A stretch of 64,000 nt of DNA. Origin: Acidobacteriota bacterium (GTDB taxonomy: Bacteria > Acidobacteriota > Terriglobia > Acidiferrales > UBA7541). This document shows, one piece after another, positions 1 to 9,563 of the stretch (positions within the stretch are counted from its first letter, which is position 1; every line of letters begins with the position of its first letter). The translations under genes and the position numbers were made by a program. The DNA lies in contig QHYH01000091.1 of assembly GCA_003223215.1 (NCBI GenBank), positions 60,696 to 124,695 of the forward strand. Direction: 5' to 3'. Under the pieces are notes generated by a model. The model did not search any database. It saw only the letters and a program-made list of their open reading frames with translations, and was not told where the DNA came from.

Positions 1-125
1 GTCCGCGGGCACTCCTGCTGCGCCCACGCCGTCGAAAATGCCGGCCGAAAAGTAGTGAGCAACCAAGAGCTCGGCCGATCAAGAATCGTTGCGAGTTGCA
101 GTTCATCTTCTCTAGGCCCTGGTCA

Positions 126-683
126 CTACTTCGGCCACAGCCACCCGAAGGTCCCGGCCGTCAGCAAGGAATACGCCAGTCCATCGAAAACCTCTTTGAT
201 CACCGTGCCCCACGGCATCCCCCTCCAGATCCCGTTGACCACTTGGCCCACCCCGTAGGCCATGAACGCCACCGCGCCTGCTACGCGAAACACCGCCAGA
301 TAAACGGTTCCGGAGGGAGTCGTGCGCCCTGTCAAGTACGCCGTGAAAATGGCAACGACGAGGCAATACACAAACCATGTCAGCAGGTATTTCGGCATAT
401 TAGGCGGGCCGCTCGGGAACACAATCATTGCCCCGACGGGTCCTTGCTTCTGCTTTTCCAAAATCTCCGGCGATTTCATTTCTTTGTGTGTGCAATAGGG
501 GAAAACATACATGCCGCGCGTCACTCCCGCCGAGCGCAGTGCGGCCGTTACCTTGTCTTCGTCCGGTAGTTTCTTGTAATCGCTGCGGTGATAGGGCAGC
601 ACCATGTGGATGATCGAACTGGCCACGAACACAATCACCGCCGACAACAGAATAGGAATCCACAGTGCGGTAAGCGCAACCAT
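126..683 (-). CDS. Hypothetical integral membrane protein (about 4 TM segments)
   Basis: ORF with several hydrophobic stretches; start moved to ATG 683 (MVALTALW), which has AAGGAGG upstream. Confidence 0.75.
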   Translation of the reverse strand: MVALTALWIPILLSAVIVFVASSIIHMVLPYHRSDYKKLPDEDKVTAALRSAGVTRGMYVFPYCTHKEMKSPEILEKQKQGPVGAMIVFPSGPPNMPKYLLTWFVYCLVVAIFTAYLTGRTTPSGTVYLAVFRVAGAVAFMAYGVGQVVNGIWRGMPWGTVIKEVFDGLAYSLLTAGTFGWLWPK

Positions 684-890
684 CAGCGGCCTCCTTGGTT
701 TCAGGAAGGGGATGTCTTCAGCACGCATGGTGACATGCCCCCATTTTTGCCCGCAGCCTACGCCTGTCCAAAGCTGCAGTCAACCGTTAGTATCGCGCCA
801 TTATCGCGCCATCTAAAATGTAACCAGAGGGGACAACGTCGCGCCATTTAAGATGTAACCCGAGACAAGGACGATTTTGGGAGGGTTCAT

Positions 891-2228
891 TTGGGGCGCA
901 AAGGGAAATGGGAGTATTTCCGAGTTATTTATGGGCGGTATTGCAAAGCAGATCGTAAGTCGAAACGGGAAATGCTGAACGAAGTTGCCTGACCACTGGG
1001 GTACCACCGAAAATACGCGATACGCATATTGAATGGTCCAGCACCTGGGAAGCGACCGGATCGTCCGGTCCGGAAGCGTGGGCTGAGCTATGGGCACGAA
1101 CTGTTGAGCGTGCTGACCAGCGTATGGGAGGCGGCCGGCTATCCCTGGTCGGTGCGATTGAAAGGGCTGCTGCCGGCCTGGATGCCCTGGATCCGCAAGC
1201 GCTTCAAGTTAAGCCCGAAGATCGAGAAACAACTGCTCTCGATCAGTCCGCGGCAGATGGACCGACGACTGGCGGTCCAGAAGAACCAACAGAGGCGGCG
1301 GATTTACGGGCGCACCAAGCCGGGCTATCTGCTGAAGCATCACATCCCGGTGAAGACCGATAGCTGGGACGTGAAGTCACCCGGCTTCACGGAAATTGAT
1401 CTGGTCTCGCATTCTGGGAATTCGGGCGAAGGAGAGTTCGGCTATTCGATGAACGTCACCGACATGCAAACGACCTGGACGGAGACACGGGCGCTGCTAG
1501 GGAAGGGGCAAACCGCTGTCCAGCAGGCCTTGTATGAGATCGCAGGGATGCTGCCTTTCCCGCTCTTGGGCTTGGACTCGGACAACGGATCGGAATTTAT
1601 CAGCTGGCATCTGAAGGCCTGGTGCGAACGGAAGCAGATCCAACTCACGCGAGGGCGTCCGTACAAGAAGGACGATAACGCGCATATCGAGCAAAAAAAC
1701 TGGACCCACGTACGGAAGCTACGGGGTTGGGAACGCTATGACACGCAAAACGCGGTCGATGCCATGAACGACCTGTACCGCCGAGAGCTGCGCTTATGGC
1801 TGAATCTGTACCTGCCCTCCGTGAAGCTGCTGAAGAAGATTCACGTGGGATCGAAGCTTCGACGCGTCTATGACGGTCCGAAGACCCCCTTCGAACGGGT
1901 GGTGGCATCGAAGCAAGGGGACGCAGCGCAACTGTCCATCCTGAAAGAACTGCGAAGATCTCTCGATCCGTTTCAGTTAGCAAAAACCATCGACAGGAAA
2001 CTCGAACGGATTTACGGCCTGGCGAACCGGCGGCTGAGTCCGAAAGCGCAGGAGAAACTCGAGTCCAACCAGGCACAAAGTGGCCGACGAAAAGGCTGTG
2101 GAAAAGACGCTCGCTTCGCGAGCTTGAAAATCCCTTCGGGATTCCCACTTCCCCACAGCCACAACAACAAGCACTCTCTGGTTACATATCAAATGGCGGG
2201 ACGTGGAGCGCTAGGGTTACATTCTTAG
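891..2228 (+). pseudogene. DDE integrase/transposase interrupted by an in-frame TGA at 990-992
   Basis: TTG 891 with GGAGGG upstream reads MGRKGKWEYF...; same frame as ORF 1029-2228, which has EIDLVSH, DSDNGSEF and HIEQKNW (D, D, E). Confidence 0.8.
2094..2160 (+). other. Multi-stem palindromic structure inside the IS right end
   Basis: GGCTGTGG...CCACAGCC outer stem enclosing the hairpins GCTCGC-TTC-GCGAGC and AATCCC-TTC-GGGATT. Confidence 0.7.
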
Positions 2229-2314
2229 ATGGCTTGACGGGCCGTTCAGCGTGAAGTCGCGAAGTCTGCCTCAGGAAGGGACCATTCCCCTGTTAGAATG
2301 GCCCGCGTCCGGGA

Positions 2315-3595
2315 ATGGCCTCTACGCCTTCCATCTCGGTTCGCCGGCAGCCCTCGCGGGCTATGCGGCGCGTGCTCGTCCTTCTCGCGCTCTCCGCGTT
2401 CATCAATTTCGTGGACCGCGGCAACCTGTCGGCGGCTGCTCCGCTGTTGAAAACCGAACTGGCGCTATCCGATCCGGGGCTCGGAATCCTACTCGCCGCA
2501 TTCTTCTGGAGCTACGCCTTATTTCAGATCGCATCCGGCTGGCTCGTGGATCATCTCGATGTCAAATGGATGCTGGCAGCCGGATTCTTCATCTGGTCGG
2601 TTGCTACCGCCGCGACGGGGCTCGTCGGCAGCTTCGCTCTTCTGCTCGCCGCACGCCTCGTTCTCGGAGCCGGCGAATCGGTCGTGTACCCTGCTTATTC
2701 CAAGATCCTCGCCCGCTATTTCCCGGAAGATCAGCGCGGTCTTGCCAATTCCATTATCCTCACCGGCTTTTATGCAGGACCGGCTTTCGGCCTGTTCTTT
2801 GGCGGCATCCTGATGGGCAGGTATGGCTGGCGTTCGTTTTTCCTGGTCCTCGGACTCCTCAGCTTGATCTGGCTCTTGCCGTGGCTGCAATGGATGCCCC
2901 GCCACCGCGACGAACACGCAACTTCCGGCAATCTTCGCGACAAACAGACTCCGGGAATCCTCGAGATCCTGAAACTGCGCTCCGCTTGGGGCACCTGTGC
3001 CGCCCTCGCTTGCCTGGACTATTTGTCTTATTTCTTCCTTACGTGGATGCCCACCTACCTGGTGCGTGGCCGGAATTTCTCCATGGACCAAATGGCGGCC
3101 GTCATGGGAGCGGCTTATGTTTTGTGCGCCCTTATCGTGGCCCTCTGTGGCTGGCTTTCCGATCGCTGGATTGTTTCCGGGGCAAGTCCGACTCTGGTGC
3201 GAAAGGGATTTACCAGCGTTGGAATGGCAGGCGCGGCAATCTTCGTGGTTCCCTGCGTTCTCGCTGGCCCGAAGCTCACTACGGTGATGGTGGTCTTGGT
3301 CGCTGCGTCGCTCGGCATGTGTTCCTCCAACGTTTGGGCCATTACTCAGACGCTGGCAGGACCGCGCGCCGCTGGCCGGTGGACGGGGATCGAGAACTTT
3401 GTTGGAAACCTGGGCGGGGCGGTGGCCCCGGCGCTGACCGGCTTTGTCTTGGGGCGCACGGGCCACTATTTCTGGGCCTTTGCCATCACCGCCGTAGTGT
3501 CTTTACTGGGCGCACTGTCCTGGGCGTTTTGGATCGGCCGCGTCGAGCCGGTGGTATGGGCATCGCAGGATCGCGGCGGGGCCACTCCTGGCTAG
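2315..3595 (+). CDS. MFS transporter (anion:cation symporter, ExuT/GudP-like)
   Basis: INFVDRGNLSAAAP motif, about 12 hydrophobic segments, GWLSDR loop motif. Confidence 0.9.
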   Translation: MASTPSISVRRQPSRAMRRVLVLLALSAFINFVDRGNLSAAAPLLKTELALSDPGLGILLAAFFWSYALFQIASGWLVDHLDVKWMLAAGFFIWSVATAATGLVGSFALLLAARLVLGAGESVVYPAYSKILARYFPEDQRGLANSIILTGFYAGPAFGLFFGGILMGRYGWRSFFLVLGLLSLIWLLPWLQWMPRHRDEHATSGNLRDKQTPGILEILKLRSAWGTCAALACLDYLSYFFLTWMPTYLVRGRNFSMDQMAAVMGAAYVLCALIVALCGWLSDRWIVSGASPTLVRKGFTSVGMAGAAIFVVPCVLAGPKLTTVMVVLVAASLGMCSSNVWAITQTLAGPRAAGRWTGIENFVGNLGGAVAPALTGFVLGRTGHYFWAFAITAVVSLLGALSWAFWIGRVEPVVWASQDRGGATPG

Positions 3596-3605
3596 GGGGA
3601 CTCAC

Positions 3606-5318
3606 ATGAAAATCGGGTTCGGGATTAGCCGCACAGCGGGGCGAATCGCTACATTCTGGCTTCTCTTGCGGCTTTTTGGCCCACTAGAAGTTCCCGCGCA
3701 ATCTTCGAACGCCGACTTGCTTCTTCTTAATGCCCACGTGGTGACCATGAACGAGAAGCAACCCTCCGCGCAGGCCATCGCTATCCGGGGCGGGCGCATC
3801 CTTTGGGTCGGCAACACTGAGGAAGCGGAGCGCCTCTATCCGCGGCCCGCTCACGCCATGGATCTTCACGGCGCAACGGTCCTGCCCGGCATCATCGACG
3901 CCCACGCCCACTTGATTAATCTCGGCCAGAGTCTTGTCCGGCTGAATCTCAAAGACATTCCCACGGAGAAAGAAATCATCGAGCGGGTCAAGCAGCGGGC
4001 CGCCTCGACCGCGCCCGACGAATGGATTCTCGGCTGGGGCTGGGATGAAGGCAAATGGGCCTCGCATTACCCGACCAAAGAAGCTCTGAGCGCGGCCACG
4101 CCTAACAATCCCGTGTTTCTCGTTGGCCTCCACACGTTTGCCGCGTGGGCCAATCAACGCGCCCTGGAACTCGCCGACATCGACAAAAACACCAAGGACC
4201 CGGAAAACGGAAAAATCCTACGCGACGAGAAAACCCGAGAGCCCACAGGCATCCTGCTCAACCGTGCCCAGGACCTAGTCGCGAGGCACATTCCGCCGAT
4301 GACCCTGGCCCAAACGAAGCGCGCCATGCAGCTCGCAGCCAGCGAGTGCGTCCGCAACGGCTTGACTTCCGTCGACGAAGCCAGAGTCACGCCTCTCATG
4401 GTCCAGGCATTTCACGAATTAGTACGGGACGGGCAGATGCCCCTGCGCGTTTATGCCATGCTCGATGGCGCGGACAAGGATCTTGTTGAACGGTGGCTCA
4501 AGCGCGGGCCGGAAATCGATCCACATCATCAACTGACCGTGCGTGCATTCAAGCTTTTTGCCGATGGCGCGCTCGGCTCGCGCGGTGCCGCGCTTCTCGA
4601 ACCGTATAGCGACGCTCCCCAAACCCAAGGCATCATGACCACGCCGGAGTCCGAGGTTTACAGTTTGACGCGCCGTGCTCTCGAGGCTGGCTTTCAACTT
4701 TGCACGCATGCCATCGGCGACGCTGCGAACCGCGCCGTGCTCAACGCCTACGAACAAGCGGAAAAGGAGGTGCCCAATGCGCATGATCCGCGTCTGCGCA
4801 TCGAGCACGCGCAAGTGCTCGCACCGGAGGATATTCCGCGCTTTGCGAAACTCGGCGTCATTGCTTCGATGCAGCCTACGCATTGCACTTCCGACATGGC
4901 CTGGGCAGAGCAGCGCCTCGGTCCGGAGCGCGTTAAGTACGCCTACGCCTGGCGCTCGGTGAAGGATTCCGGGGCGCACTTGCCGCTGAGTTCGGATTTT
5001 CCCGGCGAAACGCTCAACCCGTTCTATGGAATCTATGCAGCCATTACGCGACAGGACCCGCAGGGTAATCCGCCAGGCGGCTGGCATCCCGAGCAGAGGC
5101 TCACGCGCGAAGAAGCCCTGCGGGGTTACACCCTTGAGGCGGCTTATGGGGAGTTTCAAGAAAACAACAAGGGTTCGCTCGAAAAAGACAAACTGGCCGA
5201 TTTGACGGTCGTCTCGAAAGACATCACGAAAATCCCGCCAGCGGAGATTCTCTCCGTCCAGGTGCTGAAAACCTTCGTCGGCGGCAAAGTGGTCTACGAC
5301 CTAGGCGCCCATCAGTAA
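3606..5318 (+). CDS. Amidohydrolase-3 family (YtcJ-like) metal-dependent hydrolase with signal peptide
   Basis: PGIIDAHAH, KLFADGALGSRGAAL, THAIGD, RIEHAQ and SSDFP motifs. Confidence 0.9.
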   Translation: MKIGFGISRTAGRIATFWLLLRLFGPLEVPAQSSNADLLLLNAHVVTMNEKQPSAQAIAIRGGRILWVGNTEEAERLYPRPAHAMDLHGATVLPGIIDAHAHLINLGQSLVRLNLKDIPTEKEIIERVKQRAASTAPDEWILGWGWDEGKWASHYPTKEALSAATPNNPVFLVGLHTFAAWANQRALELADIDKNTKDPENGKILRDEKTREPTGILLNRAQDLVARHIPPMTLAQTKRAMQLAASECVRNGLTSVDEARVTPLMVQAFHELVRDGQMPLRVYAMLDGADKDLVERWLKRGPEIDPHHQLTVRAFKLFADGALGSRGAALLEPYSDAPQTQGIMTTPESEVYSLTRRALEAGFQLCTHAIGDAANRAVLNAYEQAEKEVPNAHDPRLRIEHAQVLAPEDIPRFAKLGVIASMQPTHCTSDMAWAEQRLGPERVKYAYAWRSVKDSGAHLPLSSDFPGETLNPFYGIYAAITRQDPQGNPPGGWHPEQRLTREEALRGYTLEAAYGEFQENNKGSLEKDKLADLTVVSKDITKIPPAEILSVQVLKTFVGGKVVYDLGAHQ

Positions 5319-5441
5319 GCGCAAAGAAAGTCAGCGGAAACATAACCGCGATGGATGTCGTGAATAAGCGGTTTGCTGGCGAGCAGTACGGAGTTTCGGT
5401 AAGATGTTCGAGAGAATCGGAGACGAAACGGGAGGAAAATC

Positions 5442-5915
5442 ATGAGCATTGCGGTAGGACAGACCGCGCCAGATTTCACGCTGCAAAATCAGGATAAGAA
5501 GGAAGTGAAGTTGTCGGACTTTGCGGGGAAAAGGAACGTGGTGTTGCTGTGGTATCCGCTAGACTGGAGCCCGGTTTGCACGAGCGAACACGCGTGCTTT
5601 GTGAATGACATGAAAAAGTTCGAGACGTTGGATGCGGAAGTGCTCGGAGTGAGCGTTGACAGCGTATGGTCGCACAAGGCGTTCGCGGACAAAATGGGCA
5701 TCAAGTATTCCTTGCTCGCGGATTTTCATCCCCGCGGCGCCATGAGCGAAAAGTACGGAGTGTACCTGGCCGACAAAGGAATCACCGGCAGAGCCATTGC
5801 CATCGTGAATAAAACGGGGAAAATCGCTTGGTTCAAGAATTACGACATCCCCGTAGTGCCCGACTTGAAAGAAGTCGCCGCCGCCCTGTCCCAAGTAAAA
5901 GCCGCCACCGCCTGA
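5442..5915 (+). CDS. Peroxiredoxin (AhpC/TSA, AhpE-like)
   Basis: APDFTL and YPLDWSPVCT peroxidatic Cys motif; GGAGG upstream. Confidence 0.9.
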   Translation: MSIAVGQTAPDFTLQNQDKKEVKLSDFAGKRNVVLLWYPLDWSPVCTSEHACFVNDMKKFETLDAEVLGVSVDSVWSHKAFADKMGIKYSLLADFHPRGAMSEKYGVYLADKGITGRAIAIVNKTGKIAWFKNYDIPVVPDLKEVAAALSQVKAATA

Positions 5916-5941
5916 GGGCCCAGCCAAGTCTCCCGCCAACT

Positions 5942-6217
5942 TCAAAGAATCGTCTGGATTTGGGCGTCAATGGAAACGTGCGTGGCGGAAAAGCCGTTGA
6001 TCGAGAATTTCCTGCCGCTGCCTTCGGTGAAGCGAAAAAAACGGCTGATGTGGTAATCCTCCTCGTAAGCCGAAAAAAGACGCTCGGTTTCGGCGGGCGA
6101 GAGAGCGAAGGCGGAAAGTGCGACCGGCCGGCCAAATTCACCGGCATGCAAACGGTAGGCGCGCACGAGTTCGCCGAGGGACATGAGGGGAGCGCGTCGG
6201 GCGGCTTCGGCGCTCAT
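5942..6217 (-). CDS. Small hypothetical protein
   Basis: ATG 6217 with GGAGA upstream; protein-like composition; directly downstream of pckG. Confidence 0.65.
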   Translation of the reverse strand: MSAEAARRAPLMSLGELVRAYRLHAGEFGRPVALSAFALSPAETERLFSAYEEDYHISRFFRFTEGSGRKFSINGFSATHVSIDAQIQTIL

Positions 6218-6314
6218 GGATTTCTCCTTGGCCGAGTCTACCTCGTGCAAAGTCTGAAAAAAAGGTCTGATAGGAAGCAACGGGGCCTGGCTGTTTTCCG
6301 AGCGGTCCGCAAAA

Positions 6315-8069
6315 CTAAGCGATGACGAGGTGCTGAAAACGCTTCGAGAGTTTCGCATGCTCTTCGCGAATCTCCCTGGGCAGGCGCGCGCCGAATTTCA
6401 TCAGGAACTGTTTCGCGTCTTCCAACTCCGTCTCCCAATCGGCGGTATTCACCCGGAGCAATTCGTTTAACGAGTCATCGGAAATCTTCATTCCGTCGAG
6501 CGTCAAACCACTCCTTGCCGGCACATAACCGATGGGCGTTTCCTGCGCCGCACCGCGGCCTTCCACGCGTTCCAGGATCCACTTCAGCACGCGCACGTTC
6601 TCGCCGTAGCCGGGCCACAAGAATTTTCCTTCGGCGCCTTTGCGGAACCAGTTCACGTGGAAAATCTTGGGCGGCTTCGGGATTTTCTTCCCCATCTCGA
6701 GCCAGTGTGTGAAATAGTCGGCCATGTTGTAACCGCAGAACGGCAGCATGGCCATCGGGTCGCGCCGCGTGATTCCCACGTCGCCCGTGGCCGCGGCGGT
6801 GGTTTCCGAGGCCATCGTCGCGCCGACGAACACGCCGTGCTGCCAGTCAAACGATTCGTAGACTAGGGGCGCGACGCGTGCGCGCCTGCCCCCAAAGATA
6901 AACGCGGAAATCGGCACGCCCTCGGGGGCTTCCCATTGGGGCGAGATGCTCGGCGACTGCTTGGCCGGAACGGTGTAGCGGGCATTCGGGTGGGCTGCCG
7001 GGCCCTTGGAGCGATCCCAGAGCTCACCTTTCCAGTTCGTGAGCCCCACGGGAGGTTCGCTGCCGATTCCTTCCCACCAAGGCGCTCGCTCGGCGGTCAT
7101 AGCCGTGTTGGTGAACAGAGTATTCTTGCGCAGCGCTCCCATAACATTTGGATTGGTCAACATGCCCGTGCCCGGCGCCACTCCGAAAAATCCCGCTTCT
7201 GGATTGATCGCGTGCAAATAGCCGTCCTCGGCGATTTTCATCCAGGCAATGTCGTCGCCCACGGTCCACACACGGTAGCCCTGATTCTCGAGCGCGGACA
7301 CCATCATGGCCAGGTTGGTTTTGCCACAAGCGCTGGGGAACGCTGCGCCCATATAGGTCACTTTTCCGCCAGGCGATTCAAGTCCCAGGATGAGCATGTG
7401 CTCCGCCATCCAGCCCTGCTCCCGGGCCATTACGCTCGCGATGCGCAGCGCAAAACACTTTTTCCCGAGCAAGGCGTTCCCGCCGTAGCCCGACCCGATG
7501 CTCCAAATCAGTTTTTCTTCCGGGAAGTGCACAATGTAACGCCGCATAGGATCGAGGTCGCCGAGCGAGTGCAGTCCGGGAACAAATTCGTGCGAAGAGC
7601 CGAGGCGGTCCATGGCCACTTGGCCCATGCGCGACATAATGCGCATGCTCGCCACAACGTACGGGCTATCCGTCGCTTCCACACCGACTTTGCTGATGGG
7701 CGAATTCACCGGCCCCATGGTGTACGGCACGACGTACATGGTGCGCCCGCGCATGGCGCCATCGAACAGTGCACCCACTTTGCGTTTTGCGGCGTCCGGA
7801 TCCATCCAGTTGTTCGTCGGCCCGGCTTCGTCTTTGTCGCGCGAGCAGATAAACGTCAAATGCTCGGTGCGTGCGACATCATTTACCGAGCTACGGTGCA
7901 GATGGCAGTTGGGGTAAGTCTTTTCGTTGAGTGTGAAGGTGTCTCCGGCGCGGAGCAACAGCTCGACCATGCGCCGGTATTCCGCTGCGGACCCGTCGCA
8001 ATACACGACGCGGTCCGGCTTGGTAAGCCGCGCTGCCTCCTCAACCCAGCTCTCGAGCGGAGTTGCCAC
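6315..8069 (-). CDS. pckG: Phosphoenolpyruvate carboxykinase (GTP)
   Basis: SGYGGNALLGKKC, AFPSACGKTN P-loop, VGDDIAW, INPEAGFFGVAPGT, DPMAMLPFCGYN. Confidence 0.97.
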   Translation of the reverse strand: MATPLESWVEEAARLTKPDRVVYCDGSAAEYRRMVELLLRAGDTFTLNEKTYPNCHLHRSSVNDVARTEHLTFICSRDKDEAGPTNNWMDPDAAKRKVGALFDGAMRGRTMYVVPYTMGPVNSPISKVGVEATDSPYVVASMRIMSRMGQVAMDRLGSSHEFVPGLHSLGDLDPMRRYIVHFPEEKLIWSIGSGYGGNALLGKKCFALRIASVMAREQGWMAEHMLILGLESPGGKVTYMGAAFPSACGKTNLAMMVSALENQGYRVWTVGDDIAWMKIAEDGYLHAINPEAGFFGVAPGTGMLTNPNVMGALRKNTLFTNTAMTAERAPWWEGIGSEPPVGLTNWKGELWDRSKGPAAHPNARYTVPAKQSPSISPQWEAPEGVPISAFIFGGRRARVAPLVYESFDWQHGVFVGATMASETTAAATGDVGITRRDPMAMLPFCGYNMADYFTHWLEMGKKIPKPPKIFHVNWFRKGAEGKFLWPGYGENVRVLKWILERVEGRGAAQETPIGYVPARSGLTLDGMKISDDSLNELLRVNTADWETELEDAKQFLMKFGARLPREIREEHAKLSKRFQHLVIA

Positions 8070-8404
8070 TTGCTCTCCCTGTCAGCAGACGCTTGGGCGC
8101 AAAGTCTCTGGCGCGGGGCCCGGAGCCTTTTGCGATACCTACGGCACCCAGCGTGAAACCCCTCGCAACGCGACGCCACGGAGCGAAATGGATTCGCCCA
8201 TGCCAACAGCCCTCTATGAGGCGGGAATTCACGGCCCGGGTTGGCAGGGCGCGATGATTCTACCCGAACACAGTCTATGTTACGGATTGCCTCCCACGCA
8301 ACTCGGGGCAAGTCAGGTGCTTGGAATCGGGTTGCGATTCGGTCGACCGGGGCATCTTGGCAGGCGAGTTGCTGTAGATTAGAGATGCTTTCCGGGAAAA
8401 GAAA

Positions 8405-9154
8405 TTGTGCAGCAAAAACGAATGCGATGGTCTGCGTGTGGTCCTGGTCAACACGCGGAACCCTTTGAACATCGGCGCGGCGGCGCGCGCGATGAGCAAC
8501 TTTGGCTTCTTGCACCTGCGTGTAGTGAACCCCTTCGAATTGGTCTTCCGTGAAGCGCGTTCCGCCGTGGGAGCGGCGCCGTTGCTTGCCCGAGCGGAGG
8601 AATTCAAGTCCTTGGCGGAGGCTGTAGCGGATTGCTCGCTGGTGGTCGGTACATCGGCCGTAGGCCGCCGCGACCCACAACACTTAGTGCGGGATTTGCG
8701 CGAGGGCGGACGCATGATCCAAAAGCGCCTCGGTCGAGACCGCGTAGCCTTGCTGTTCGGCTCGGAGAAGCGCGGGCTTTCGAACGAGGACCTGAGCCAT
8801 TGCCACTGGCTGCTGCGCGTCCCGACTCGTGAAGAGCACCGCTCGATGAATCTCGGCCAAGCGGTCGCCGTCTGTCTCTATGAACTGGCGCACGAAAGAA
8901 GATCTATTCCCGCCCGGGAAAAAGCGGTGCTGGCCACCGCAGGCGATCTTGAACGGCTCACCTCTGTTCTGCTTGGTGCCTTGCGTGCCAGCGGCTACTT
9001 GAAGCCCAAAGCAGGCAGCGAGAACAAATCGCGCGCGGCAGCGCCGGCTGAGGAAAAAATTCGCCGCTTGATTCGGCGGATGAGTCTATCGGCGCGAGAC
9101 GCCGAACTCCTCCTCGGGATGGTCCGGCAAATACTGTGGAAGATAAAAGCGTGA
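8405..9154 (+). CDS. trmJ: SpoU/TrmH-family tRNA methyltransferase (TrmJ-like)
   Basis: NIGAAARAMSNFG, LLFGSEKRGLSNEDL, SMNLGQAV. Confidence 0.88.
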   Translation: MCSKNECDGLRVVLVNTRNPLNIGAAARAMSNFGFLHLRVVNPFELVFREARSAVGAAPLLARAEEFKSLAEAVADCSLVVGTSAVGRRDPQHLVRDLREGGRMIQKRLGRDRVALLFGSEKRGLSNEDLSHCHWLLRVPTREEHRSMNLGQAVAVCLYELAHERRSIPAREKAVLATAGDLERLTSVLLGALRASGYLKPKAGSENKSRAAAPAEEKIRRLIRRMSLSARDAELLLGMVRQILWKIKA

Positions 9155-9172
9155 GGCGGCGACTGGGCACCT

Positions 9173-9194
9173 GGGGCGCAGCAGGCTGCGCCCC
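9173..9194. repeat. REP-like palindrome GGGGCGCAGC-AG-GCTGCGCCCC
   Basis: Perfect 10-bp inverted repeat just after the trmJ stop. Confidence 0.7.
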
Positions 9195-9563
9195 GTAGGG
9201 TCGAACTTGTTTCCCAGCGAATCGCACTTCCAGCCAGGCCGCCCGGTGACCGCCCACGGTCATTGGCGTAAGACTTCAATCGGCTTCGTCGGATCGTTGG
9301 GCGAATGGCAGGAAATCAGCACGGCCGGCGGCCAGGGCGGCTGAGGCGCAAAGGAGGAGAGATCTTTTGCGGGCGAGTGCGCATTTGATCGCTTTTCTCG
9401 GCCATCGTAGGCGGGCGGACGCGCACCCAGGGTTCACTGTTTGTCCAACTTTCCACAGACTTTTGGAGCCTTTGGACCGAGGAAAATGGTAAGGTTATCG
9501 GTGCCCAATCGTTTCAGCACCCGGGCCCCAGCGCCTTCAATCTTGTAGATCATCGGAGAGTTC

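Larger units (their letters stand above)
808..2233 (+). mobile_element. Insertion sequence with rve-type DDE transposase (ISNCY/IS481-like); ends approximate
   Basis: Imperfect inverted ends built from GCCATYTRA(N)ATGTAACC motifs (808-825 and 843-860; reverse complement at about 2180-2197 and 2215-2233) flank the transposase; no clear target duplication. Confidence 0.8.

Noticed and set aside
1-106. Possible truncated minus-strand CDS starting at ATG 106
   Set aside because: Too short at the window edge, and the frame is ambiguous.
8100-8200. GGGCGAATCC...TCGCAAAAGGCTCCGG upstream of pckG, resembling a c-di-GMP-I riboswitch
   Set aside because: P1/P2 spacing and the GAAA tetraloop/receptor do not fit; only short word similarity.
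9195-9560. Intergenic region before the desaturase as a small gene or ncRNA
   Set aside because: No convincing start, RBS or recognisable fold.
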